Source of the DNA: Candidatus Iainarchaeum sp.
Lineage (GTDB): Archaea > Iainarchaeota > Iainarchaeia > Iainarchaeales > JAFCCW01
DNA: 64,000 bases
Assembly: GCA_017609985.1 (NCBI GenBank)
Contig: JAFCCW010000010.1
Span: 1,765 to 65,764, forward strand
Reading direction: 5' to 3'
Below are positions 48,977 through 59,356 of the stretch, piece after piece (position 1 is the first letter of the stretch; every line of letters begins with the position of its first letter). The translations under genes were made by a program, and so were the position numbers. Below the pieces are notes generated by a model that was not told where the DNA came from, did no database searches, and saw nothing but the letters and a program-made list of their open reading frames with translations.

Positions 48977-50194
48977 ATGGCTAACATTTTTGAAGAAGCT
49001 CTTTCAAAAAAAACAGTCTTTTGTGACAGGGACATAATGACTCCGCACTATGCTCCAAAGAAGCTTCCGTTCAGAGAAAACCAGATTTCTGAAATGACTT
49101 CAACTCTCTCTGTTTTAATTGAATCAAAGAGAGCAGACAATCTTTTCATTTATGGCAAAACAGGAACTGGCAAGACTGTGAGCACAAAGCATGTTCTTCA
49201 ACAGCTTTGTGAGTATGCTGACCAGAAAAAAAAATCTGTAAGAAGCACTTATCTTAACTGCAGAAGCCACAACAGCAAGTACAAGATAATAATCAAGATT
49301 TTGAAGAGTTTTTTTCCAGACAAAGACTTTGTTGGTTACAGTGGAACATTTGTGTATGACAAGCTAATAGAGAACATTGAGGAAAGTCAAGCAAGTCTTG
49401 TTATTGCTCTTGATGAAATAGATAAAGTAAAAGATCTTGATGAAATGGTTTATGCTCTTACAAGATGCAATGACGACATGGACAAGGGTTCGATTTCTTT
49501 GGTTGGGATTTCAAACAATCTTTTCTTCAAAGACCGTCTTGATCCGAGAACAAGAAGCAGTCTTTGCGAAAAAGAACTTGTTTTTCCACCATATAATGCA
49601 GAAGAACTTTCAAAGATTCTTTCAGATCGTGTAAAAACAGCTTTTAAGGAAGATGTGGTGGAGGAAAGTGCAATAAGCATTGCTTCAGCTATTGCTGCGC
49701 AGGAGTCAGGGGATGCAAGAACAGCAGTAATGCTGATGTTGCGTGCTGGGGAAATTGCTGACAAAAAAGGTCTTGACAAGATTACTGATGTGGAGGTTAA
49801 GAGAGCAAAGCGCAAGGTTGAAGAAGAAATAATTTTCAACATGGTTTCTACTCTGCCTGAACAGCAACAGCTAGTGCTTTATGCCATTGCTCGTCTGACA
49901 CTTCAAAGAAAAGGAATTAAAAGAATTTCACGAGTTGAAGAAGAACCAGTTCTTGTTTCAGGAGAAATCTATGATGAATATTCCCGAATTGCAAAAGAAT
50001 TCAAGGGAGAAACTGTGAGCATGCGCTGGTGCCAGCAATACGTCAATGAACTCGAAATGTATGGCCTTATTGCAACAACTGAATCAGGCAAGGGATTCAG
50101 AGGAAACACTCGTCTAATAAAACTCGGATTTGATGCAAAAAAAATAAAGACAGCGATTGAGAAAGAAATAGGTTTTTCTTCACAATCTCTCTGA
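48977..50194 (+). CDS. cdc6: Orc1/Cdc6 replication initiator
   Basis: LPFRE, YGKTGTGKT, LDEID, LDPRTRSS, FPPYNAEEL, GDARTA, C-terminal winged helix. Confidence 0.95.
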   Translation: MANIFEEALSKKTVFCDRDIMTPHYAPKKLPFRENQISEMTSTLSVLIESKRADNLFIYGKTGTGKTVSTKHVLQQLCEYADQKKKSVRSTYLNCRSHNSKYKIIIKILKSFFPDKDFVGYSGTFVYDKLIENIEESQASLVIALDEIDKVKDLDEMVYALTRCNDDMDKGSISLVGISNNLFFKDRLDPRTRSSLCEKELVFPPYNAEELSKILSDRVKTAFKEDVVEESAISIASAIAAQESGDARTAVMLMLRAGEIADKKGLDKITDVEVKRAKRKVEEEIIFNMVSTLPEQQQLVLYAIARLTLQRKGIKRISRVEEEPVLVSGEIYDEYSRIAKEFKGETVSMRWCQQYVNELEMYGLIATTESGKGFRGNTRLIKLGFDAKKIKTAIEKEIGFSSQSL

Positions 50195-50233
50195 TTGTTG
50201 TACTCTTTGTGCTACACACAAACTCAAAATTAA

Positions 50234-53200
50234 TTAAACAAACTCAAAAAGCGAAGACTGCTTTTCTTTGTCGTCTACAAAAATTGAGTCAATCTCGCAT
50301 TCAACAAGTTCTATTCTTTGTTTGAGATAGTCCCTCAAACCATAGTTATGTATAACTTTCTTTGCTATTTCCAGATATTTTCTTACTGAACCCTGTGCTA
50401 TTGTCAGAATAAGATTTCCTTTCGGGCACCTAGTGCAGTTTCCTGTCAATGGAATTCTTCTATATTTTGAATTGCAGTTTGTGCACCTGAAGCTCTGTCT
50501 TGAAAAAGCTCTTGCGTTTCCAATAATGTCTGGAAAGAAATGGCTTGCTAAAACCCGTTCAATCGAGTCTTTGGTATCGACTGCTTCAATTTTTGTCTGC
50601 AATTCTGCTTGAGCAGTAATTTTGTCTTCCATGCTTCCCAGTTGAACATATTTGCTGTATTTTGGCCCTTCATCAAAAGCAGTGGTTTCATGAGTGTATC
50701 CTAATCCAGAGTATTGTTCTTCTTTTCCAAGGCGGTCGTGAACTTTTTCAATTCCTGCTATTGACGCAACAACTCCTTTCTTCATTGTTTCTTCATATAA
50801 TTCCAGGGGATATTTCCAGCAGGTTTCCATGTCATAGACTTCATCATCAATTTCTGTTGGCTTAAGCATTACTGTGAAAACAAGCGGTGCATCCATTCTT
50901 CCTCCTCTTGACTCTGGCAGATAAGAATGTGAAAAATTAAGCAGCCCATCCATTAACAGCATAATTGAATCTTGGTCGCCGTCAATATTTCTTCTTTTTG
51001 TTTGATGAAAGTATGGGTGAGCAAAGCAGGCTCTTGCCTTTGTGAATCCAAGAATTCGTCCAACAATTGCTGCTGAAGTATGGGGTGCTAGTCCAAGAAC
51101 AAGCTGGCCTACAAGATCTGTTCTGGTTTTAAATCTGAAAAATGGTTCAAGAGAATAAAACTTTTCCAGTTCATCATCCACAAAGTTTGAAACCTTGACA
51201 AAAAAGTCTCCCGCTTCATCGTGAATAATTATGTCTTGCGGAAATATTTCAATTATCTGGTCTTCTCTTTCAATTCTTTCTCCGTGAATATCTTTTTCAT
51301 AACCTAACTCTTTGACTTTTTCAAGACTTATCTTTATTTCTTTTGGTTTAAAATGAGTTATCGGCGCATTAATGAGTTCGTATCTAATTGTACCGTCTCT
51401 GAAAATATTTATTCCATGCCTTGCTCTCAAAAGACCTTTTTCAATTGGTTCGCAAACTTTGTCTTTGTTAATTGTTCCTTTTACCCCCTTTACTAGTTCC
51501 GGCACAGTTATTCCAAGTTTCTTTGAAGCTCGACTAACATATTCTTCCAATTCTATTTTTCTTTTGCTATGTGGTTTTGTTTCAGAACCACATTTTGTGC
51601 ATTTTTCTCCAAAAACATGTTTTTCACACTTTGAACACATGTTTACTTTTTCACTTCTTTCTCCGCAAAAAGGACAGCTTGGAAAGCAGATAATTTTTTC
51701 ACATTTTTTACAATAATAAGAAGTTATGTCCACTTCCAATCCCTTGGATCCCGCGGCTCTTTCCTTGTCAATTGCTTTGTTTATTGACCTTGTATTTCCT
51801 CCAAAAAGTCCTATTGGAAACAGAACATGTGGATTCCCAGTCATCTTTCTTGGAGTAGAAGCTTCTGGTCTTCCCATTCTTCCTCCAATAAAAGTTCCTG
51901 CTTTGTCAATTATCTTGAATTTTGAAACACTGTTAACTAATTCCAGAGAATTTTCTCCACTCATTTTTTGCTCTGTCTTGTTTTCAAGTCCAAGGCTCGC
52001 AGTCAAAGCTCTTGCTATATCTTCTTCTATCACAATCTTATCGTCAGTTACTCTGTGTGGGATTCCTGCTTTTTCAAGAGATTTTTTAGATTTTTCTTCT
52101 TTTTCAAATTCAATTGTTTCTCCTAAATTGCCTTTTTTTATTTCAGCGACAAGCTCTTTCAATTCATTTGCCTCGAGCAAGGAATAATAAAAAATATATC
52201 TTGGGTGGAGTGGAATTTCGTGTTTTTCTGACAAATATTCTGCTGTGCTCCAGTCAACTTCAAGTGGATTCTTTATTGCTTTTTCTTCCCTTTCGCCTCT
52301 TTCCTTTGCTTTTTTTTCAAGTTCCAAAGCCCACCATTCTTCACAATAGCCTACTCGAACAAGAGGGTGAGCTGAGTGAATGAAATCTCCTACTGGTGCA
52401 AGAAGGTCTCCTAGGAACAAAATCTTTTCAACCCTGCTTCTTAACTCTATTGCCTGTGCAGCAGTTTCAATTCTTAGCACACTACCGTCATCAAGTCTTA
52501 CAATTGGTCCGTCAATTGAAGAGCAGGCAGCCATCCCAGCTGCTTTTCCCGGTCTCTCTCCCTTTAATTGGGTTGAAACAGCAATAAATTCATTCAAAGC
52601 ATACATTGTTGCCGGATGAATTGCTTCCCCCATTGTACCCATGTTTCTTCCCCTTCCATATCTTAGTCTAAAACCACCTGGTCTTGAAGGATATGCAAGG
52701 ATTGGCCTGCCAGCAGCAATTCCGTTCAAAAATTTGTCATTTGGGCTTATTTCAAGTTCTTGTGATTCAGATTTTCCAACTTTTATAATATCTTCAAGCC
52801 AGCTCCAGTCAAGTTCGAGCATTTTTGCATATTTCATTATCTTTCTTGCCTTTAATGCAACACCCTCGCTTATCACAAGGCACATTCCTCCCCTTATCCT
52901 GTTTGTTGGAATTCTTGGAACATTTTTGTGAACTGCCACCTCTCTCTTTTCCGTTGGCTCTCCATTAATGCATACTTTGCATCCTTTTGCAATTTTTCTA
53001 ACCTCTTCTTCAGAAAGCTTATACTGTCTTGAAACAATTTCTTCATAAATACTGCATTCTTCAACATATCTTTCAATTTCTTCTTCTGTTGGCTTGTATC
53101 TATCCAAAGCCATTAATTCTCTAGCATAGTCTCCAAGGATAAGAGGAAGCACTGTTGCTGTTCCGCCCGCGGCTCTAATCGGTCCAGCATAATATATGTC

Positions 53201-53632
53201 AATATACTTGCTTCCATCAGGATTCTCGCTAATCTGAACTTTTGGCACTCCATCCAATGGAGCAACAACAACACCTTCTGTTGCAAGAACAAGCCCTGTT
53301 TTAATTCCCTGTTCAACTCTTTTTGAGTCATCAGGAATAGAACACCATTTTTGTTCAATTATTTCCTTGAAAATTTGAAAAATTGTTTTGTCTCTGTCTC
53401 CATTGTGTTCTTCCAGAACAGTTCTGTATCTTTCCGCAAGTCCTTCTGGTCCAATAATTGTTTCTGCTCGGTCTGCAAGATCTGCCACAGGAGTTGTTTC
53501 AATATCAGTACTTATATCAAGTTCTTTTTGCTTTGACTTTTTCGCGGTTTCAACTTGTTTTTTTACTTCTTCCCAGATGCTTTCATAATATTTTCTAACA
53601 ACAGGGCTTGCCACAACCTCTATGCTATCCAT
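50234..53632 (-). CDS. polC: DNA polymerase D large subunit DP2
   Basis: AGPIRAAGGT, GGFRLRYGR, RMGRPE, FRDGTIR, RRNIDGDQD, C-terminal Zn finger; ATG 53632 after GGTGA; no intein seen. Confidence 0.97.
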   Translation of the reverse strand: MDSIEVVASPVVRKYYESIWEEVKKQVETAKKSKQKELDISTDIETTPVADLADRAETIIGPEGLAERYRTVLEEHNGDRDKTIFQIFKEIIEQKWCSIPDDSKRVEQGIKTGLVLATEGVVVAPLDGVPKVQISENPDGSKYIDIYYAGPIRAAGGTATVLPLILGDYARELMALDRYKPTEEEIERYVEECSIYEEIVSRQYKLSEEEVRKIAKGCKVCINGEPTEKREVAVHKNVPRIPTNRIRGGMCLVISEGVALKARKIMKYAKMLELDWSWLEDIIKVGKSESQELEISPNDKFLNGIAAGRPILAYPSRPGGFRLRYGRGRNMGTMGEAIHPATMYALNEFIAVSTQLKGERPGKAAGMAACSSIDGPIVRLDDGSVLRIETAAQAIELRSRVEKILFLGDLLAPVGDFIHSAHPLVRVGYCEEWWALELEKKAKERGEREEKAIKNPLEVDWSTAEYLSEKHEIPLHPRYIFYYSLLEANELKELVAEIKKGNLGETIEFEKEEKSKKSLEKAGIPHRVTDDKIVIEEDIARALTASLGLENKTEQKMSGENSLELVNSVSKFKIIDKAGTFIGGRMGRPEASTPRKMTGNPHVLFPIGLFGGNTRSINKAIDKERAAGSKGLEVDITSYYCKKCEKIICFPSCPFCGERSEKVNMCSKCEKHVFGEKCTKCGSETKPHSKRKIELEEYVSRASKKLGITVPELVKGVKGTINKDKVCEPIEKGLLRARHGINIFRDGTIRYELINAPITHFKPKEIKISLEKVKELGYEKDIHGERIEREDQIIEIFPQDIIIHDEAGDFFVKVSNFVDDELEKFYSLEPFFRFKTRTDLVGQLVLGLAPHTSAAIVGRILGFTKARACFAHPYFHQTKRRNIDGDQDSIMLLMDGLLNFSHSYLPESRGGRMDAPLVFTVMLKPTEIDDEVYDMETCWKYPLELYEETMKKGVVASIAGIEKVHDRLGKEEQYSGLGYTHETTAFDEGPKYSKYVQLGSMEDKITAQAELQTKIEAVDTKDSIERVLASHFFPDIIGNARAFSRQSFRCTNCNSKYRRIPLTGNCTRCPKGNLILTIAQGSVRKYLEIAKKVIHNYGLRDYLKQRIELVECEIDSIFVDDKEKQSSLFEFV

Positions 53633-55063
53633 TGTCTTCACCCTTGTAAAAATTTCTTTCAAAAATATTTCTTGATTTTAGGTTAACCGTAATTGCGATT
53701 CCTGGAGTAGGGACGTGTCCTAATTTTTTTTGATAATCTGTTCTTCCCTGAAAACAGCCATTGCTAATAGCAGTTGTTCCGCGATAAGAACCATAGTCTT
53801 TGTGATGCATGTCTCCCGACAGGAAAAAGTCTGGTTCTTCCTTAATTATCATAAAATCTTTTTTTTCCGGAACATAGGGCTGGTTTAATCCATAACTTGG
53901 CATTATATCTCGCTTCTTTAACAGTTCAATCATTGCCTTGCTTGGATTAGTTGGATTTAACCCAGTTATTGAAGCATACAGGTCATGATATGCTGCTCCG
54001 TGATAAACAAGCACTTTCAATCCCTCTATTTCAATCCAGCTTGGAGATCCAACCAAGTGAATATTTTTTGCTTTGTGAAGATCCGGCAAATACTTTTCTG
54101 AAACAGCTGGCTGGGGGTCAGCCCATCTTACTGCATCGTGCTGTCCAGGATTTATTATTATTTGAATATGCTCTGGAATCTGCAGCATTAATTTTGAAAA
54201 TTCTTCGTACTGGTCATAAATATCTTTGATGCTTAGTTCATCAAATTGTGATGGGTATATTCCCACTCCATCAACATTGTCTCCTGTTACAAACAGATAT
54301 TTTATTTTTCCAACTAATTCTTTTTCTTTTTCTCAGAAATTGATGCAAAGGAAATATCTCTTTCAGCAGTCCTTGCTGTCTTGATTGTAAGATCTGGCCA
54401 GAGAATTTCTTTTGCTATTAACATTTCATTGCTAAGTTTGGTTGCTTTTACTCCAATCACGTCATCAAGCATTACATAGTCTGCCAGCCTGAACAACTGA
54501 GTTTCTTTTTGAGAAACAATCACAATACAGCTCGCATCCAAGTCCTCTATTCTTATAGCAATATTTTCATTCTTTGTAACCCATTTTTCTGAAACCATTC
54601 CAATTACATCAACATCGTGTCTTACAGGAACACTTTTCAGCCGGTTCAATGGTTTTGGAGACAGAGTATGTCTTTTTTCAAGAATTTCTTTAAGCAATTT
54701 GTACTTGCTTCTAAACAGTTCCAAAAAATTTTCAACAGTTCCCTCTGAACAGCTTTGCCCAGTTACATCGTATTCTGTCATGAGTCTAAGTCTTGATTCA
54801 ACCTCTTTTGACTCTGGCTTGAAACTAGTGTTTCTTACTTCCACAAGCGGGTTTTCTAGAGACCCTGCTATTTTTTTTCTGACAGTTTCTTCACTAACAA
54901 AGAGTTCATTTTCTTTAACAAGCTGGTCAATTATTTCTCTGAAGTTATTTTCCTTCAAAAGAGGTATAGCTTCTTTTGAGAGAAGAATATTGTGTTTCTC
55001 AGCATACTCTGTTATTTCTCTTGTCTTGTCTGATTCTTTACTTTCAGTTGTTGAAATGCTCAC
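53625..55063 (-). pseudogene. polB: DNA polymerase D small subunit DP1, disrupted by an apparent frameshifting deletion near 54335
   Basis: OB-fold N-half ends SFASIS|EKKKKN*; another frame continues KIKYLFVTGDNVDGVGIYP...PGQHD...YHG...GDMH; the DxHxGS motif I segment is absent. polB here is the archaeal DP1 gene name, not family B. Confidence 0.85.
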
Positions 55064-55347
55064 TTGAATTTCTCCTTTATTGCTTCAAGCTGGGAAATAA
55101 GATTCCAGATATCTGTTCTAGTATGCTGTGGCATGTTTATGTCATTGCTAATGTCGTCAAGAACATATATTGCGGTACTGAAGTTTACTCCGCCTTCTTC
55201 AAACTTCAAAACCTTTTCTTTTGCATCTTTAATGTTTTCTCTGATATTTCTTGGAACATTTCTGTCGTCTATCATTTCATCCATTATTTCAACTGCAGTT
55301 TCAATCAGTTTTTTTATTTCTTCAGTCATTTCGCTCATTTTAGCCAA
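55060..55347 (-). CDS. UPF0147 family protein
   Basis: DRNVPRNIR, LDDISNDINMPQHTRTDIW. Confidence 0.9.
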   Translation of the reverse strand: MAKMSEMTEEIKKLIETAVEIMDEMIDDRNVPRNIRENIKDAKEKVLKFEEGGVNFSTAIYVLDDISNDINMPQHTRTDIWNLISQLEAIKEKFK

Positions 55348-55454
55348 CTCCGATTTGTTCTTTCATTTTCTTTCTCAGAAATTTTCTTTCCCAGAACAAA
55401 GTGTTAAGCAAACAGCTTAAGATTCGCTTAACCCAATAAAGATATTTCCTGTAA

Positions 55455-56429
55455 TCATTTTAAATAAATCTGCTTGTCAATTTCTTCTTTAAGACTTGAT
55501 TCGATTCCAACCCCGTCTTTCACTGTCTCGTTTCCAAGCAATTTCTTTGCTTTTTCAATTTCCTCTTTTGTCGCAATATCTGTTTTGTTAATGACAATAA
55601 TTATTCTTGGACAAAGTTTTTTGACTTCTTTTAACAAAGAAACCTGGTCTTCAAGCGAATAACCACATCTCTGAGTTGGGTCTGCAATAAAAACAACAAA
55701 ATTTGCTAAGTGCTTTAATGCAGTTATTGCTTTTTTTTCAATATTGTTTCTTTTATTGATTGGTCTGTCCAACAGCCCTGGAGTGTCAATCAGCTGAATT
55801 TTTCCCTGTTTTCCGTCAAAGTGTCCAACCAATATTCCCTTTGTAGTAAAGGGATAGCTTGCAATTTCCGGGTTTGAATCAGTTAGTCTTGAAAGAATCG
55901 TGCTTTTTCCAGTATTTGGATAACCTGCCAGAATCACTGTTGGCAGAGAAAACTTTATTGAAGGCAGTTCCCTGAGTTTTTGTCCAGCACTGTTGTAAAA
56001 TTCAATGCTTTTTTTCAAACTTTTTACTGCAGAGGCTGCTCTTCCAAAAAAGATTCTGCTTTCCTCTTTTCCTATTTTGTCGTCCTGTCGCTTGGATTTT
56101 ACTTTTCTAATGTACAATTTCTTTAATTTTTCAATAATTTTTCTGACCGAGCGCATTTGTGAAACGCTTTTTTTAAGATCTGGAATTGAAATAAGGATTT
56201 CAGCTAATTCTTTGTAAAAGGGATTCATGTCATCTATTGTTGGCACCTGATTTTCTGCCTTTTCCAAAGTATCATTAATATAGCTTGAAAAAGTCTCTAT
56301 TCTTCGCGCTTCCTTGCTTTTTTCTCTTTTAAATTTGTCTCTTTGAGATATCTTAAGAGATTCCTTTCTTGCTCTTCTAAGAGCGTTTTCAACAAGCTTT
56401 TCTGGAGCTTCAAGATAGTAGAGTTTCAT
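55455..56429 (-). CDS. NOG1 family GTPase
   Basis: GYPNTGKS, YPFTTKG, DTPGLLDR, RNNIE, NKTD. Confidence 0.92.
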   Translation of the reverse strand: MKLYYLEAPEKLVENALRRARKESLKISQRDKFKREKSKEARRIETFSSYINDTLEKAENQVPTIDDMNPFYKELAEILISIPDLKKSVSQMRSVRKIIEKLKKLYIRKVKSKRQDDKIGKEESRIFFGRAASAVKSLKKSIEFYNSAGQKLRELPSIKFSLPTVILAGYPNTGKSTILSRLTDSNPEIASYPFTTKGILVGHFDGKQGKIQLIDTPGLLDRPINKRNNIEKKAITALKHLANFVVFIADPTQRCGYSLEDQVSLLKEVKKLCPRIIIVINKTDIATKEEIEKAKKLLGNETVKDGVGIESSLKEEIDKQIYLK

Positions 56430-56565
56430 ACAATCACTTATCTATTTAATTCTTTCCCACTCCAATCAATTATGTTTCACTGTAATAACTATATATTAAC
56501 CAAAGGGAGTATTTTAAAGGAGTATTTTTTAGTTTATTTTATTTGAGTTTAAAGGAGTTTTTTGA

Positions 56566-57627
56566 ATGAATCTTGATTTTAACCTGTATTCTGGCAATTA
56601 CAAGCGATTTCTCATAATTCCTGCAATTCTTTTCATAGTTTTTGCTTTAATGATTTTTGTTTTTCCAGGCCTTGAACAAGGTCTTGATCTCAAAGGAGGA
56701 ACACTTTTAGTAATCAAATCAGAAAAATCTGTCGACAAAGCAGACATTGAAAAAGTTTTGAAAGACAATTTTGAACTTTCAAACCTGCTTGTAAGCACAA
56801 CAGCTGGCGCAACAGGCTATGGCACAAACATTGAGTTTACTGAAAACAAGGTTTTGTCAGAAGCTGATTCCCTGCTTAAAGAAGCAATTGAATCAAACAG
56901 TAGGGACAAGGCAAACCAGGCTCTTGCTCTGGTTTCAGACTTTGCAGTGCCTGAAAAAGACTATGGGGAAAACAATCTTTTCTTTGAAGAAGCAATTCAG
57001 ACTCTTGAACGTGCAAGAGAAGCTTCAAACCAAAAAATGCAGTCTCTGCTTGTTGAAGAGCTTGGCATTGAGGGAGAAGTAGCTTTTCAAAGAAAAGAAA
57101 TTGGTCCAGCTCTCGGAAAAACATTTTGGGAAACAGCTCTATGGGTTGGAGTAACTGCTGCAGTTCTTGTAATAATAGTTATTTTCTTTTTCTTTAGGGA
57201 AGTTGTGCCAAGCATTGCAGTAATTCTCTCCGCAGTTCTTGACATAAGCTGTGCTCTTGCTTTAATGGCTTTGTTCAGCATTCCTCTCTCGCTTTCAAGC
57301 ATTCCTGCTTTGTTAATGCTTGTTGGTTACTCTGTTGACACAGACATAATGCTCACAACCCGTGTTCTGAAAAGAAAAGAGGGGACTGCTGTGGACAGAA
57401 CAAGGGAATCAATGAAAACAGGTCTTACAATGACTTTTACAACTCTTGCTGCTCTCACAGCAATGATTGTGATTTCTTTCACGAGCCAAATGTTTGTAAT
57501 TTTTGAAATAGCTGCTGTTCTATTATTCGGTCTTATTGGAGATTTGCCAAGCACCTGGCTAATGAATGCTCCAATCCTTCTTTGGTATGCTGAAAAAAAG
57601 GAAAAAGCAAAAAAGAGCGTGGTTTAA
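56566..57627 (+). CDS. secF: protein translocase subunit SecF
   Basis: GLDLKGG, IGPALG, GYSVDTDIMLTTR. Confidence 0.93.
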   Translation: MNLDFNLYSGNYKRFLIIPAILFIVFALMIFVFPGLEQGLDLKGGTLLVIKSEKSVDKADIEKVLKDNFELSNLLVSTTAGATGYGTNIEFTENKVLSEADSLLKEAIESNSRDKANQALALVSDFAVPEKDYGENNLFFEEAIQTLERAREASNQKMQSLLVEELGIEGEVAFQRKEIGPALGKTFWETALWVGVTAAVLVIIVIFFFFREVVPSIAVILSAVLDISCALALMALFSIPLSLSSIPALLMLVGYSVDTDIMLTTRVLKRKEGTAVDRTRESMKTGLTMTFTTLAALTAMIVISFTSQMFVIFEIAAVLLFGLIGDLPSTWLMNAPILLWYAEKKEKAKKSVV

Positions 57628-59256
57628 TTGAGTGACTTAAAGGACTTTGCAAAAAACTGGCGTATTCTTCTCCTTCTAGCATTAGTAATGCTTTCATTTT
57701 TATTTATTGGACTGAACGGGCTTCAATTTGGAATAGACTTTAGCGGAGGAACACAGTTTCAAATTCATTTAGGTGAAAAAATTACTGACCCTGCTGAAAT
57801 GTCAAAAATAACTGCTGTTTTGTTTCAAAGAATGGATGCTTATGGCTTGAAGGATACAAAGGTTACTTCTTGGGGAAACGAATTTGTTGTAGCTCAATTA
57901 GCTGAAACAGACCCTAAACGAGTTGAAGAAATCGAGTCAGTAATCAAAAAGCAGGGCTTGTTTGAAGTAACTCTTGACGGAAACATAATTTTTACAGGAA
58001 ACGATATAATTGATATTTCCAGAGACCCTTCCAGAGGCTATGGTTTCAGAGACCTAGCTAACATGGTTGAATGGCATCTTCCATTTATGCTAAGAGACGC
58101 TGCTTCCCAGCGCTTTACTGAAGCAGCGTTTCACAAATGTTCTGTTATTTCATATGACCCGTCCAGCGGATATGTTTACGAGTGTGAAAAAACATATTTC
58201 TTCCTTGACAGGCCAAGCACAGCAGTTATTGTAATTCCTCAAGAACTCTTCCTTGCAGACAGACAAGCCTTGCTTGCTGGAAATTCTCTTGAAAGCATTC
58301 CTGAAGGCACAAAGATAGAGAATCTTTTGCTAAATGCTGGAGTTCCAAATATTGTAATAAAAGACAGCAATATTTCCTCTGCGCAAATTCAGAAACTCTC
58401 TTCTCTTGCAGAAGAAAAAAGATTTGCTGTTGTTCCTTCAACTATTGACCAATCCACAAAAGACTTGCTTGAAGGTTTAGGTTTTGAATTATCAGAAATT
58501 TCTGTTGCTGCTAATACTTCAATTCCCTGGATTTGGGAAGTAACTGGTGCACAGCAGATTATTTCTCTTGGAGAAGATATTGCAAACATGGACAAGGCAT
58601 CTGTTGACCAAGCTGAAAAATTTTCAAATCTTGTAATTCGTGGTTTTGCTGGCGATGCAGACACTGCTCAATCCGAGCTAAGAGGTCTTGCGACACTTCT
58701 TGAATCAGGTTCTCTTTCAGTTCCTGTCGAAAGTGTCAGCAAGGAAACAATTTCTCCTCTTCTTGGAGAATCATTCCTCTTCAACGCAGCACTTATTGCA
58801 TTTGTAGCTTTGCTGGTTGTAGCAATTGTTCTTTACATTAGGTACAGATATCTTCAGTTAATCATTCCAATGGTTTTCACTGCATTGAGTGAGGTAATCT
58901 TGATTCTTGGTTTTGCTGCAATGATTCACTGGAATCTAGATCTTGCCGCAGTTGCAGGAATTCTAGCAGCAGTTGGAACTGGTGTAGATGACCAAATAAT
59001 AATAACTGATGAGTTAAGCAGAAAAGGAAAAGCAGCAGAATCAGGCTCTCTGGTCACAAGGATTTCAAGAGCTTTCTTCATAATCATGGCTGCTGCTGCA
59101 ACAACTATTGCAACAATGTCTCCAATCATATTCCTTGGATTTGGTTTAGGAAAACTTGTTGGTTTTGCAATAACTACTATTGCCGGAGTAATAATCGGAG
59201 TATTCATCACAAGACCTGCGTTTGGAGAAATTGCAAAGCGCGTAATTAAGGACTAG
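57628..59256 (+). CDS. secD: protein translocase subunit SecD
   Basis: GIDFSGG, LESGSL, GTGVDDQIIITDE, ITRPAF. Confidence 0.93.
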   Translation: MSDLKDFAKNWRILLLLALVMLSFLFIGLNGLQFGIDFSGGTQFQIHLGEKITDPAEMSKITAVLFQRMDAYGLKDTKVTSWGNEFVVAQLAETDPKRVEEIESVIKKQGLFEVTLDGNIIFTGNDIIDISRDPSRGYGFRDLANMVEWHLPFMLRDAASQRFTEAAFHKCSVISYDPSSGYVYECEKTYFFLDRPSTAVIVIPQELFLADRQALLAGNSLESIPEGTKIENLLLNAGVPNIVIKDSNISSAQIQKLSSLAEEKRFAVVPSTIDQSTKDLLEGLGFELSEISVAANTSIPWIWEVTGAQQIISLGEDIANMDKASVDQAEKFSNLVIRGFAGDADTAQSELRGLATLLESGSLSVPVESVSKETISPLLGESFLFNAALIAFVALLVVAIVLYIRYRYLQLIIPMVFTALSEVILILGFAAMIHWNLDLAAVAGILAAVGTGVDDQIIITDELSRKGKAAESGSLVTRISRAFFIIMAAAATTIATMSPIIFLGFGLGKLVGFAITTIAGVIIGVFITRPAFGEIAKRVIKD

Positions 59257-59356
59257 TTCAACATTCAAAGAACTAGTTCAATTTTGTTTAAACTATAAAC
59301 TAGTTTAAAATTTGTTTAAACCAGTCTAATTTTCAAATAGACACTCTAAAGAGTTT

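Larger units (their letters stand above)
4364..50354. repeat. dispersed polar motif TATACATAA(C), strand switches at the dif-like site
   Basis: TATACATAA on + at 4364, 16800, 17274, 20324, 22449, 22589; TTATGTATA on + at 22937, 23341, 27217, 27457, 28144, 29261, 29322, 50346. Confidence 0.75.
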
